A stretch of DNA of 64,000 nucleotides from Faecousia sp. (GCA_045578895.1 JAZNLC010000053.1:14441-78440); one strand, 5' to 3'. Positions 19,156-29,172 are shown, counted from the stretch's first letter. Numbers and translations: made by a program. Notes: a model not told the origin generated them from the letters alone.

Positions 19156-19905
19156 TTGTCAAATGAGGAAATTGCACTGCGGATCCGGGACGGAGAGACG
19201 GAACTTCTAGGAGAATTGTGGGATGGTATCGAAAAACTTATCCGGAAGCAAGCCAACCGGGTCAGCCGCGCACTTGGGGGCAAGGTCGGCGTAGAGGCTG
19301 ATGATCTGTACCAAACCGGCTATTTTGCTATGGTTGCGGCAGTAGATACATACACGGCAGAAGCCGGATCTTTCGTAAACTGGCTTATGTTCCACCTAAA
19401 AACCGCATTTGCAGAGGCTACCGGCTATCGTACTGTAAAGGGGCGGCAGGAACCACTGAGTAATTGTATCAGCTTGGATAAACCCATTGGGGACGACGCA
19501 GACAGCGCTGTTTTCGGTGATCTGATCCCGGATCCCCAAGCCGCCGCCACGATGGATGGTATCGAGGAAAGGCTATGGCAGCAACAACTGCATAAGGCTA
19601 TGGATGCGGTTTTGGATGAACTTCCAAAAGAGCAAAGCACGATCCTACGGCACAGGTATTACGCTGGCCATACTTTAACCGTTATCGGTCAACAACTTGG
19701 TATGACTGCTGAAGCGGTTCGCAAGTTGGAGGGACGGGGCCTCAAAGCTCTCCGCCACTATAAGTTGGCACAGAATATCCGACCATTTTATGATTTCGAT
19801 TACTACAGCGGCAGTAGTTTGGGTGCCTTCCGCAGCTCCGGCATGAGTATCCAGGAACGGTATCTGTTCTGGATGGAGAGAACCAAAAAAGACAAAAAGT
19901 TATAA
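19156..19905 (+). CDS. Element-encoded sigma-70 family sigma factor
   Basis: DDLYQTGYFAMVAAVDTY (region 2), SLDKPI (region 3), TLTVIGQQLGMTAEAVRKLEGRGLKALR (region 4); TTG start with GGAGG RBS. Confidence 0.88.
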   Translation: MSNEEIALRIRDGETELLGELWDGIEKLIRKQANRVSRALGGKVGVEADDLYQTGYFAMVAAVDTYTAEAGSFVNWLMFHLKTAFAEATGYRTVKGRQEPLSNCISLDKPIGDDADSAVFGDLIPDPQAAATMDGIEERLWQQQLHKAMDAVLDELPKEQSTILRHRYYAGHTLTVIGQQLGMTAEAVRKLEGRGLKALRHYKLAQNIRPFYDFDYYSGSSLGAFRSSGMSIQERYLFWMERTKKDKKL

Positions 19906-20072
19906 AAGCCGATATTCCCGCGCGCGTGCGCGCGAGAGAGTGCGATCAGTATGTGATGATATGCTAGGTAATTTTATTAACGTGGGAGGAAAAATATGTC
20001 GGAAAGAGTTATCGGTCAAAAAAAGGCACACGCGAAACGCCTAGGATGTCATAGGTAAAATTGGAGATAAGT

Positions 20073-23000
20073 ATGGCAAAATACTACATGGATGAAAAAG
20101 GCAATTGGGCCGTTAAAAAAGAGGAAAATCAAGAGAAAAAACGGCCGAAGTACACCATTGATGAAAAGGGCAATGTGACGGTGAATACCAACACTTCTGC
20201 AGACATTGCACCGGTGCGGACGGATGTTCCCGGAAGTGCGGATTATGAGAGAAAGGCCCAGGCCGGTCTTGCTGCCTATCATCAGAAAAAGACGGAAGCG
20301 ATCGAGAAAGAGAACAGCAAGAGCGGATTTTGGAAATTTCTTGAGAATATGGCACTTGCAGGCTTGGCTGCCAATGACAATCCGGCAGTTATGTCTATGA
20401 ACCAGCAGGCGCAGATCTATCGCCAGGATACATCCTACAAGGAAATCAATGAGCGGTGGAGCGAGGATCAGAAGAAGCGGTTCGGCTATTTGTACCAGCA
20501 GAGTCCTACCTTTGCTGCCCAGTATGCCGAATCGGTGAACAATGAGATCAACAAAGCAAAGGCCGACGCAGAACGGGAAAAGATCATGCAGCAGGCGGCA
20601 AACAGAGGCATAATCGGCAATACGGCGCTTGCACTGCTGCAGGGCATGACGGCATCCGGTGACCTGCTGGATAATATGGCAGAATTCGCCGGCCGCGGCA
20701 CCATCACCCAAAAAGACGGCCTTACACTGTATGACCGCTCCCAGGCGAATATCGCAGGCTACAGCGAGAAGCTGAACAAGCTGGGTACCATCAATGAGAA
20801 TGTGCCGGTTCTGGGCGGTAAAGGCTTGGGAGATCTGTACGGACTGGGTTACAGCGCGGCGCAGAGCCTGCTGTACGGCGCAACGGGCAACGGTGCGCTG
20901 ACCATGATCCAGTTCTTTTCCCAGGCGGCTGCTTCCGGCATCGATGAGACGATGGAGCGGGGCGGTACAGCACAGCAGGCAATGCTCTACGGCATGGCAT
21001 CCGGCGCGGCGGAAGCGGTGGCGGAGAAGATCGGTATCCATAACCTCTTTAAAAACGCAGGCGCGAAGACCTGGAGCGCTGCCCTGAAAAGCATGCTGAA
21101 GCAGGGCGCTGCGGAAGGTATGGAAGAAGCGCTGACGTCGGTGCTGAATACCTTCTCGGATCAGGCGATCATGGGCAAGGAAAGCCAGTACCACCGGGCC
21201 GTAGCGGAATACAGCAAGAATATGAGCCAGGAAGAGGCAAAGCGGAAGGCTTTCTGGGATATCATGGAGAGCATCGCCTACGACGCACTGGGCGGTATGG
21301 TCACCGGCAGCGGCAACACCATGGTGATGACCGGAGCGAATGCCGCAAAGAATGTCGCCCAGGGAAAAGACGCACTGAGCGGTCTGACCGCCAACGAAAA
21401 GAAGGTTGTTGACCACTACTACAAGGCGCTGGTGGCGGAGGAAGCCAAGAACAGCAAAAACGGGAATGTGTCCATGGACAGAAAAAACAAGCTTTTTGAG
21501 GAAGCTATCAAGGCCATGGACGAAGGCTCCATCAGCATTGAGACCATCGAAGAGGCACTGGGCGGCGAGAACTACCGGGCATACCAGGATGCTGTCAGCA
21601 ATGAGAAAGCCTGGCAGGAGGAATTCGACCAGCTCAACGGCATGAAGAAGATGGAAATGACCGGCGTACAGGAGGATAGGCTGGGAGAGCTGCGGCAGAA
21701 GCTGGACACCTACAAAAGCGGAAATACCCAGCAGGTACTGAAGGACAAGCTGAGCAAGAATGTGGCGGATCTGGCAAGGGTCAGCCGTCTTTCCGAAAGC
21801 TACCGGGAGCGTGACCGCAGATCCCAGGCATTTCAGGCGGACGTCAAGGAGTACAGCGGCAAAGCGCAGCAGATCGTGCAGAAGGCCATCGACAGCGGCA
21901 TTCTGAACAACACCCGGCGCAGCCATCAGCTGGTGGATCTGATCGCCAAAGTGGGCAGCGACAAAAACCTGGATTTCGATTTCGCCAACAACGAGAAGCT
22001 GAAGGAATCCGGCTTCGCGCTGGAGGGTAAGATCGTCAACGGTGTGGTGACGGGAGGCGGTGTGACCGTCAACATCAATTCCGCCAAGGCGCTGAACACG
22101 GTTGTAGGTCATGAGATCACCCATGTGTTGGAAGGCTCGGAATTCTACGACGCGCTGAGAGGCGCCGCCATCGAGATGGCAAAGGCAAAGGGCGAGTACG
22201 ACTCCCGGCTGAAGGATATCGAAGCGCTGTACAGCGAGGATCTTGAGGGCTACGGAGGTGAAACCAGAGCGGCAGCGCTGGAAAAAGAACTGGTGGCGGA
22301 TCTTGTGGGCGATTATCTGTTCACGGACAGCGCATTCATTGACCGGCTGTACACCGGCAACCGGAACGCATTTGAGAAGATCTTCGACGAGGTCAAGTAT
22401 TTCTGCCGCATGGCGACCGCCGGCAGCAAAGAAGCCAAGCAGCTGGAGAAGGTGAAGAAAGCATTTGAGGATGCTTACCGCCAGGACGCAAAAAACACCG
22501 CCGAAGATGGCGGTGTGCGGTATAGCATTACTGAGCCGTTTGTAGACAGCAATGGAACAAAGTTTGATTCAGCCGTGTTGCTTGATACCAACTTCTTTGA
22601 TGGACTTAGTCCTCGGAATTGGGGAGAAAAACTTCGTGATTTTATGGAGATGCGGTCAAGTACTGATCCGTTTATCCTTCCGGTTGCTGATGAGAATGGC
22701 AATGTCCAACAGCTACAATTCGCAAGCACGCAGGATCGAGTGACGAAGAATGGGCAATCAAATCACAAAGTGTTAGATAAGCTGTCCAGCAGTTCTGACA
22801 ACATAAGCAAACTGGCAGTTATCCACATCGATGAGATAGTGGATGTGTCGGATGCGGATACACCATATTATACAACTGATAACAACCACCAGTGGCTTGA
22901 TCAGAATGGTTGGCTCCACCGGACAGCGAATGTCATTAATGCGAAAAACGGAAATGTATATAACCTAACTCTAGATATTGCAAAGGCAAAAGATGGCAGG

Positions 23001-24281
23001 CATATTTTGTACGCAACCAACGGAAACATAAAAAGAGTTGGAAACGTCCAAGTGAACTCCCTGGCAATCAGGGGCTCGGGGCAGAATTCCAACTCCACGA
23101 ACAATGTAGCACAAGTTGATTCGACTGTCAAGCGTAAAGATCTTGAATATCAGTACGCTGTCAACCGCGGAGACACAAAAACCGCACAAAAGATGGTAGA
23201 CGAGGCAGCAAAGGCTACCGGATATACCATTAAAGCATATCATGGGACAGAGGCTGATACTTTTACCATATTCGATAAAGCTAGGATTGGAGAAGCTTCG
23301 GGGTTGAGCATCCTTGGAGATGGTTTTTATTTCTCGGAGGGAAAGAAAACAGCTGCACAATACGGAAAAAATGTGCGCGAAGTATATCTGAAGTTGTCAA
23401 ATCCCTATCATGCCAGTAGCGCAGATGCTTATAGACTCAACGCGAGAAAGCTAGAAAGTGAAGGATACGACGGTGTGATTCTGCCTGCAGCTAATGGTAC
23501 AGTTTACATGGTACTGGATCCTGAACAGATAAAGTCAGCAGATCCTATTACCTATGATGATGACGGTAATGTTATTCCGATATCTGAAAGATTCAACGCA
23601 GGAAAAGAAGATATACGGTATTCTGTTTCCTCCCAGGAGGAACTGGCGCCGGTGCGGAAGGATCTGAGGCCGGGCAGGATCTACGGCAGTGATGTGGAGC
23701 TGGCGCCGGTGCGGCAGGATGTGCGGGCGCAGGCGGAAACGGAAGAGCAGGGCGAATATGATGACCTGCCCTTTGAGATGCCGGAGGGGATCGAGCAGGG
23801 ACAGCTGACGGACGAGGAACTGGAGGAAGATGCCAAGCGCCGCCCCGTGGAGACCGTTGCCCAGCGGCTGGAAGTGAAGTTTGCCAGCCTGCGGCAGGAG
23901 CTGCGGGAGAATGAGCAGCAACGGCAGGTATCCAACGATGCCTACGAGCGGAAGATCGAGGAGCTGCAGCAGCGCTATGATGCCAAGCCGAACAAGTACA
24001 CCAAGGCAGCCAATGCCATCGCCCGGCAGATCTCCAGGCAGAAGCAGCTGCAAAAGCAGCGGGACGCGGAATTTGAAAAGCGGATCCACGATATCCAAAA
24101 GAAGATCGACAACACCCGGGAGCTGATCCAGTGGGATCACAGCCGGGAAGATCTGCTGGAGAAGCAGCTGCGGCAGGTGGATGAGAAGCCGTTGCCTATA
24201 AGCAAAAAATCAAAACGAAACGGAAAAAGCTTGATATTTGATCAGTTTTCTTGTAATATATTGCGCATAGAGGAGAGGTGA
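20073..24281 (+). CDS. Large polyvalent protein (metallopeptidase-like plus ADP-ribosyltransferase-like modules), apparently C-terminally truncated
   Basis: Gly/Ala-rich hydrophobic helices and EGMEE motif; zincin GHEITH..E.VAD; ART-like AYHGT..FD..GDGFYFS..YG..VYL..P..GYDGVI..EQIKS; last ~30 codons switch to AT-rich sequence and overlap the next gene. Confidence 0.8.
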   Translation: MAKYYMDEKGNWAVKKEENQEKKRPKYTIDEKGNVTVNTNTSADIAPVRTDVPGSADYERKAQAGLAAYHQKKTEAIEKENSKSGFWKFLENMALAGLAANDNPAVMSMNQQAQIYRQDTSYKEINERWSEDQKKRFGYLYQQSPTFAAQYAESVNNEINKAKADAEREKIMQQAANRGIIGNTALALLQGMTASGDLLDNMAEFAGRGTITQKDGLTLYDRSQANIAGYSEKLNKLGTINENVPVLGGKGLGDLYGLGYSAAQSLLYGATGNGALTMIQFFSQAAASGIDETMERGGTAQQAMLYGMASGAAEAVAEKIGIHNLFKNAGAKTWSAALKSMLKQGAAEGMEEALTSVLNTFSDQAIMGKESQYHRAVAEYSKNMSQEEAKRKAFWDIMESIAYDALGGMVTGSGNTMVMTGANAAKNVAQGKDALSGLTANEKKVVDHYYKALVAEEAKNSKNGNVSMDRKNKLFEEAIKAMDEGSISIETIEEALGGENYRAYQDAVSNEKAWQEEFDQLNGMKKMEMTGVQEDRLGELRQKLDTYKSGNTQQVLKDKLSKNVADLARVSRLSESYRERDRRSQAFQADVKEYSGKAQQIVQKAIDSGILNNTRRSHQLVDLIAKVGSDKNLDFDFANNEKLKESGFALEGKIVNGVVTGGGVTVNINSAKALNTVVGHEITHVLEGSEFYDALRGAAIEMAKAKGEYDSRLKDIEALYSEDLEGYGGETRAAALEKELVADLVGDYLFTDSAFIDRLYTGNRNAFEKIFDEVKYFCRMATAGSKEAKQLEKVKKAFEDAYRQDAKNTAEDGGVRYSITEPFVDSNGTKFDSAVLLDTNFFDGLSPRNWGEKLRDFMEMRSSTDPFILPVADENGNVQQLQFASTQDRVTKNGQSNHKVLDKLSSSSDNISKLAVIHIDEIVDVSDADTPYYTTDNNHQWLDQNGWLHRTANVINAKNGNVYNLTLDIAKAKDGRHILYATNGNIKRVGNVQVNSLAIRGSGQNSNSTNNVAQVDSTVKRKDLEYQYAVNRGDTKTAQKMVDEAAKATGYTIKAYHGTEADTFTIFDKARIGEASGLSILGDGFYFSEGKKTAAQYGKNVREVYLKLSNPYHASSADAYRLNARKLESEGYDGVILPAANGTVYMVLDPEQIKSADPITYDDDGNVIPISERFNAGKEDIRYSVSSQEELAPVRKDLRPGRIYGSDVELAPVRQDVRAQAETEEQGEYDDLPFEMPEGIEQGQLTDEELEEDAKRRPVETVAQRLEVKFASLRQELRENEQQRQVSNDAYERKIEELQQRYDAKPNKYTKAANAIARQISRQKQLQKQRDAEFEKRIHDIQKKIDNTRELIQWDHSREDLLEKQLRQVDEKPLPISKKSKRNGKSLIFDQFSCNILRIEER

Positions 24282-25060
24282 TTTTCTTGAACAGTTTTTC
24301 TGAAACGCCGGAGTATGGTATCGAAACTGTTTCCCGTAATTTCAAAATGCCTTCTATGCATTATCATGATTCTTATGAACTGTATTTTCTTGAAGTAGGA
24401 ACACGGGATTATTTTGTGGAGGACAAGTTTTTTACCGTTTCTCCCGGGGAGTTCGTTTTGATCCCACCAGGAAAGCTGCATCGGACCGGGGGCGAATTCT
24501 GCGTCAGGACTCTTGTACATTTTACAGAAGAATTTCTTTCAAAATTCTATCAGGATGCCGCTATAGAACAACTGCTGCGTTGCTTTGAAGCGGTGAAGAT
24601 TACCCCGGAACAAAACAGGCTTCCGTGGCTCCGTTCACTGTTGAGTCAATTGCACGATTGCGGAAACGAAACCGACTTTGCGTTACTTCTGGGTGTGCTG
24701 CTGAAGTCTCTTGTTAACTGCGGTAAACAAGAGGTGCAGTTTGGGCAGCTGGGGCAGATCGTTGGTTATATCAATCAGAACTTTGCTGAGATTGAGAATA
24801 TTGATCAGATCGCCAAGCAGTTCTATATTTCCAAGTATCATCTTTGCCGCGTTTTTAAAAAGACTATGCATGTTACTCTGATCGAATATTTAAATCAAGT
24901 GAGATTAAAGAATGCGAGAAAGCTTCTTGAAATTTCAGAGTACGGAATTGGGGAGATCGCACTGCGGTGCGGCTACAGCTCCACAGCATACTTTGGCTGT
25001 GTCTTCAAAGAAAACTTAGGTGAGTCGCCCAGTGCGTACCGCAAGCGGATGCGCCATTAG
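24278..25060 (+). CDS. AraC-family regulator with cupin sensor
   Basis: MHYHDSYELYF cupin; ISKYHLCRVFKK and CGYSSTAYF double HTH; GTG start. Confidence 0.92.
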   Translation: MIFLNSFSETPEYGIETVSRNFKMPSMHYHDSYELYFLEVGTRDYFVEDKFFTVSPGEFVLIPPGKLHRTGGEFCVRTLVHFTEEFLSKFYQDAAIEQLLRCFEAVKITPEQNRLPWLRSLLSQLHDCGNETDFALLLGVLLKSLVNCGKQEVQFGQLGQIVGYINQNFAEIENIDQIAKQFYISKYHLCRVFKKTMHVTLIEYLNQVRLKNARKLLEISEYGIGEIALRCGYSSTAYFGCVFKENLGESPSAYRKRMRH

Positions 25061-25080
25061 GAATGTCAATATAACGGTAT

Positions 25081-25118
25081 AAGAGATAGGAAACAGCAAT
25101 ATTTCCTATCTCTTTTTT
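25081..25118 (+). terminator. Terminator hairpin after araC
   Basis: AAGAGATAGGAAA..TTTCCTATCTCTT followed by T-run. Confidence 0.65.
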
Positions 25119-25168
25119 TGTTTTATTGCTGTATGATATCTATATCAACAGCAAAAGGAGCGATCAAT

Positions 25169-26662
25169 ATGGCACGGCTATCTTATGCAACTTTGAAAGA
25201 GATCGGGTATCAAGGTTTTCTTTTACCGGCGGCACCTGAAAAAGTGCTACAATTTGGAGAGGGCAATTTTCTGCGCGCTTTTGTAAACTACTGGTTTGAC
25301 ATTGCCAATGAAAAAGCAGAGTGGAACGGCAAATGCGTTCTGGTTCAACCAATCCCACAGGGTTTATCGGAAGTGATCAATGCCCAGGAAGGTTTGTACA
25401 CGCTGTATTTGCGGGGAATGGAGAATGGCAAACAAGTCGATGAAAAACGGATAATCTCATCCGTATCCCGATGTGTGAACCCCTACAGCGCAGAAGGTTT
25501 TCGGGCGATGATGGAGGTCGCTGTTTCCGACGATTTGGAGTACATCGTTTCCAACACCACGGAAGCGGGTATTGTATACGATTCGGCATGCGAGCTAACA
25601 GATGCCCCCTGCGCGTCATTCCCCGGTAAACTGACACAGGTGCTTTATGCCAGATACCGGGCGGGGAAGTGCGGCGCTGTAATATTGTCTTGTGAGCTGA
25701 TCGACAACAACGGAAAAGAACTGCTGAAATGCGTAAATCGGTATATCGAACAGTGGGGATTGGATAATGGCTTCCGCAACTATGTCAATGATGCGTGCAC
25801 ATTCTGCTCCACATTGGTTGACCGCATCGTTCCCGGCAGAGTCCGTGATCCTGCGGAGGTTGCGGCAATGGAAGTTGACAATGGCTATGTGGATACGCTT
25901 ATGGATGTCGGCGAAGTGTTTGGCGTTTGGAATATTGAAGGCCCTGACTGGCTGGAAGAGCAGCTTCCATTTAAAAAAGCCGGCGTAAACTGTTTCGTTG
26001 TGCCGGATGTAACACCGTATAAAAAGCGAAAAGTACGGATTTTGAACGGTGCGCACACGGGTACGGTTTTGGGTGCTTACTTAGCCGGTTACGACATTGT
26101 ACGAGATTGTATGCACGATGATGTCATACTTGACTTTATGAACAAGATGCTTTATGAGGAAGTGGTGCCGGTTCTGCCGCTGGAAAAGGAAGACCTTATG
26201 AATTTTGCGTCTGCCGTTCAGGACAGATTCAACAACCCTTTCATCAATCATGAGCTGCTGAGTATTTCCCTGAACTCCACTTCCAAGTGGAGAGCAAGAA
26301 ATATGCCTACATTTTTGGAGTATACCGAAATGTACGGAACCTTGCCGCCCTGTCTTACTATGAGCTTTGCTGCCTATATAGCGTTCTTTAGCAGCGAGAT
26401 TCAGGAACTGAATGAAACAGGATTGGTCTGCAGAAGACCGAAGGGGAACTGCTATACCTGCAATGACGATCGCTGGGTTCTGGATTTTTACTATGAGCAT
26501 AAAAATGACAGCGCCGAAGAACTGGTACATGCGGTTATGACCAATGGGCAGATGTGGGGCATGGACCTGACGCAAATTTCCGGCTTTGAAGCCGCCACAG
26601 TGAATAATCTGCATCTGATTCAAACGAAAGGCGCACTGGAAGCGTATAAAAACTGTCTGTAA
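25169..26662 (+). CDS. uxaB: Tagaturonate reductase (altronate oxidoreductase)
   Basis: QFGEGNFLRAF, SNTTEAGI, CELIDNNG, TLVDRIVPG, KVRILNGAHT, RFNNPFI. Confidence 0.95.
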   Translation: MARLSYATLKEIGYQGFLLPAAPEKVLQFGEGNFLRAFVNYWFDIANEKAEWNGKCVLVQPIPQGLSEVINAQEGLYTLYLRGMENGKQVDEKRIISSVSRCVNPYSAEGFRAMMEVAVSDDLEYIVSNTTEAGIVYDSACELTDAPCASFPGKLTQVLYARYRAGKCGAVILSCELIDNNGKELLKCVNRYIEQWGLDNGFRNYVNDACTFCSTLVDRIVPGRVRDPAEVAAMEVDNGYVDTLMDVGEVFGVWNIEGPDWLEEQLPFKKAGVNCFVVPDVTPYKKRKVRILNGAHTGTVLGAYLAGYDIVRDCMHDDVILDFMNKMLYEEVVPVLPLEKEDLMNFASAVQDRFNNPFINHELLSISLNSTSKWRARNMPTFLEYTEMYGTLPPCLTMSFAAYIAFFSSEIQELNETGLVCRRPKGNCYTCNDDRWVLDFYYEHKNDSAEELVHAVMTNGQMWGMDLTQISGFEAATVNNLHLIQTKGALEAYKNCL

Positions 26663-26672
26663 GGAGAGAAAA

Positions 26673-28145
26673 ATGGCCGAATTTATCAGGATACAACCGA
26701 AAGACAATGTAGCGGTAGCGTTGTCACCAATTCCAGCAGGGACTCGGTGGGAAGGGATCACTGCTTTGGAGAATATTCCGCAGGGCCACAAGATGTCGCT
26801 GACACCGATAGAAGAAAATGAGAATATTATCAAATACGGCTTTCCGATCGGTCATGCTACGCAGAAAATAATCGCTGGACAATGGGTGCATACCCATAAT
26901 ATGACAACGAATCTGTCGGGAAATGTAGAATACGCTTATGAACTACAGGATAGAAAACTGCAGGAAAGAGAGCCGCTGACATTTATGGGATACCGCAGAA
27001 AAAATGGAAGTGTGGGTATCCGTAATGAGATTTGGATCATTCCGACCGTTGGATGTGTAAATGATGTTGCAAAGAAAATGGCGAATGATAATCAGGATCT
27101 GGTAACCGGGTCGATTGACGGCCTGTATGCTTATACCCATCCCTATGGGTGTTCTCAAACAGGTGATGATCATGCACGTACCCGCAAATTACTGGTTGCG
27201 CTGGCAAAGCATCCCAATGCGGCTGCGGTATTATTCCTGGGGCTCGGGTGTGAAAACCTGACAATGGAACAACTGAAAGCGGAACTGGGAGATTACGATC
27301 CCGAGAGAATTAAGTTTCTCGTTTGCCAGGAAGTCTCAGATGAGATGGCGGCAGGCCGCCGACTATTGAAAGAATGCTCGGAAAATGCCTCTCAGTTTAC
27401 CCGAACGGAAATCGGTGCGGATGAACTTATCGTTGGTATGAAATGCGGAGGTTCTGATGGCCTTTCAGGTGTTACGGCTAACCCCGTAGTGGGCCGTTTT
27501 TCAGATATTCTCATTTCACAAGGTGGTACTACGGTGCTGACAGAGGTACCGGAGATGTTCGGTGCAGAAGGCCTTTTGATGAACAGATGTGTGAATGAAT
27601 CGGTCTTTCAAAAATTCGTTGATATGGTAAATGGTTTTAAAGGCTACTATCTGAACCATGGAGAAACGGTGTACGAGAATCCCAGCCCGGGAAATAAAGC
27701 AGGTGGTATTACGACCTTGGAAGATAAATCCTGCGGCTGCGTACAAAAGGGTGGAAGCGCCCCCGTTATGGATGTGATTGCATATGGTGACAGGGTGGTG
27801 ACCAAAGGACTGAATCTGCTTGATGGTCCGGGAAATGACCTGGTTTCTGCCACCGCCTTGTGCGCCGCAGGGGCACATATTATTTTGTTTACTACGGGGC
27901 GTGGTACGCCTTTTGGCGCGCCGATCCCGACGCTGAAAATATCGACCAATACCCAGTTGGCGAAAAAGAAGTCCCGTTGGATCGATTTTAATGCCGGATA
28001 TGTGGCTGATGGTACACACACGATCGAGGAAACTACCAACGCATTGCTTGATTTTGTGTTTGCTGTAGCATCCGGTCAATCGGTTTTGAATGAGGTTAAC
28101 GATTTTCGGGAGATCTCTATTTTTAAAAGCGGTGTTGTTTTATAA
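26673..28145 (+). CDS. uxaA: Altronate dehydratase
   Basis: SAF domain (DNVAVAL, HTHN), H.YGCSQ, KCGGSD, NPSPGNKAGG, FTTGRGTP. Confidence 0.95.
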   Translation: MAEFIRIQPKDNVAVALSPIPAGTRWEGITALENIPQGHKMSLTPIEENENIIKYGFPIGHATQKIIAGQWVHTHNMTTNLSGNVEYAYELQDRKLQEREPLTFMGYRRKNGSVGIRNEIWIIPTVGCVNDVAKKMANDNQDLVTGSIDGLYAYTHPYGCSQTGDDHARTRKLLVALAKHPNAAAVLFLGLGCENLTMEQLKAELGDYDPERIKFLVCQEVSDEMAAGRRLLKECSENASQFTRTEIGADELIVGMKCGGSDGLSGVTANPVVGRFSDILISQGGTTVLTEVPEMFGAEGLLMNRCVNESVFQKFVDMVNGFKGYYLNHGETVYENPSPGNKAGGITTLEDKSCGCVQKGGSAPVMDVIAYGDRVVTKGLNLLDGPGNDLVSATALCAAGAHIILFTTGRGTPFGAPIPTLKISTNTQLAKKKSRWIDFNAGYVADGTHTIEETTNALLDFVFAVASGQSVLNEVNDFREISIFKSGVVL

Positions 28146-28175
28146 GAAAGCTGGGATCCATATGGATCCCGGTAT

Positions 28176-29063
28176 TCATTTCATAATGGATGCTTTATAT
28201 TGTGTTGGTGTCATTTTGGTATGCGCTTTAAAGCACTTTGAAAAGTACTGAGGAGAATCAAAGTGCAGCAAGTCAGATATTTGTGTGATATTATAGTTGC
28301 CTTCCCGAATCAGTTTTTTCGCCTCTTTGATCTTTAGTACGTTATAGTACTTCATGATACCGCTGCTTCGGTAAAGAGAAAATAGTTGCTTTACAGTGCT
28401 TTCTCCCTTGCCGACAGCTTGGGCAACATCACTGACCGTTATTTTTCCGTAGATATTGCTATGCAGGTAGTCCAGTATTTCTTTAACATGATAGGGAACA
28501 TCAACGCCGTCAATTACGTAGCTTTGGCGCATCGCTTTTGGTAAAGCATCTTCGTTCCTGCACAGCTTGATCAAAAATATTTCCAGGAGATTTTTGATCA
28601 TCTGTTTTCCTCCAAAGGGTGCCGGTTCAATGGGCTGCATTTTCTGCAGCAGGGGATTGGTTGGATCCACCAACTGGTAACAGGATAAACCTTCGGCAAA
28701 TAATGCAGAGAGCAGTGATTTTTCTTCCGCATTCAGCCGGAATATCTTACCTTCAAAGTGTTCCATTGCCTTGCTTCGGCACTGAAAGGTTAGAATACTG
28801 ACATTGGGTGCGATGCTGTTGTCACCGGAGAGATTGTGATACTCGTTGGGCTTGTGAAATGTCATCTCTCCGCTTTTGAGTGTAAAGCGGTTTTGACCCG
28901 CGGTACAGATCATTTCCCCTTTGTCAATGTATACCATTTCCCAAAAATCATGTCTTTCTCCGTCGTAATAAAAGTTTTTGGGAAGTTCCATGTAGAAAAT
29001 CGTAATGATCTTTTCGATGTTGATGATCTTTTCAAAGCCATATGGTGTAAAATTATCTTTCAC
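28176..29063 (-). CDS. AraC-family regulator
   Basis: GERHDFWEMVYIDKG cupin; FDSPQYFSKCFK HTH; GTG start with GGAGG RBS. Confidence 0.92.
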   Translation of the reverse strand: MKDNFTPYGFEKIINIEKIITIFYMELPKNFYYDGERHDFWEMVYIDKGEMICTAGQNRFTLKSGEMTFHKPNEYHNLSGDNSIAPNVSILTFQCRSKAMEHFEGKIFRLNAEEKSLLSALFAEGLSCYQLVDPTNPLLQKMQPIEPAPFGGKQMIKNLLEIFLIKLCRNEDALPKAMRQSYVIDGVDVPYHVKEILDYLHSNIYGKITVSDVAQAVGKGESTVKQLFSLYRSSGIMKYYNVLKIKEAKKLIREGNYNITQISDLLHFDSPQYFSKCFKAHTKMTPTQYKASIMK

Positions 29064-29172
29064 AACTGCACCTCCATAGCTGAAATTGTAAATATTATAA
29101 CTGATTTTGCACTCCATTGTAAATAGGGAATCGATATAATATTTGTAGAAAATCAATAAACAGGAGGTTTAT

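Larger units (their letters stand above)
11490..24195. mobile_element. tRNA-Arg-integrated PICI-like/defective prophage element (right boundary not identified)
   Basis: Integrase ends just downstream of the tRNA 3' end; divergent repressor/cro, xis, phage replication and recombination genes, sigma factor, polyvalent protein; no structural genes; no second tRNA-3' repeat seen. Confidence 0.85.
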
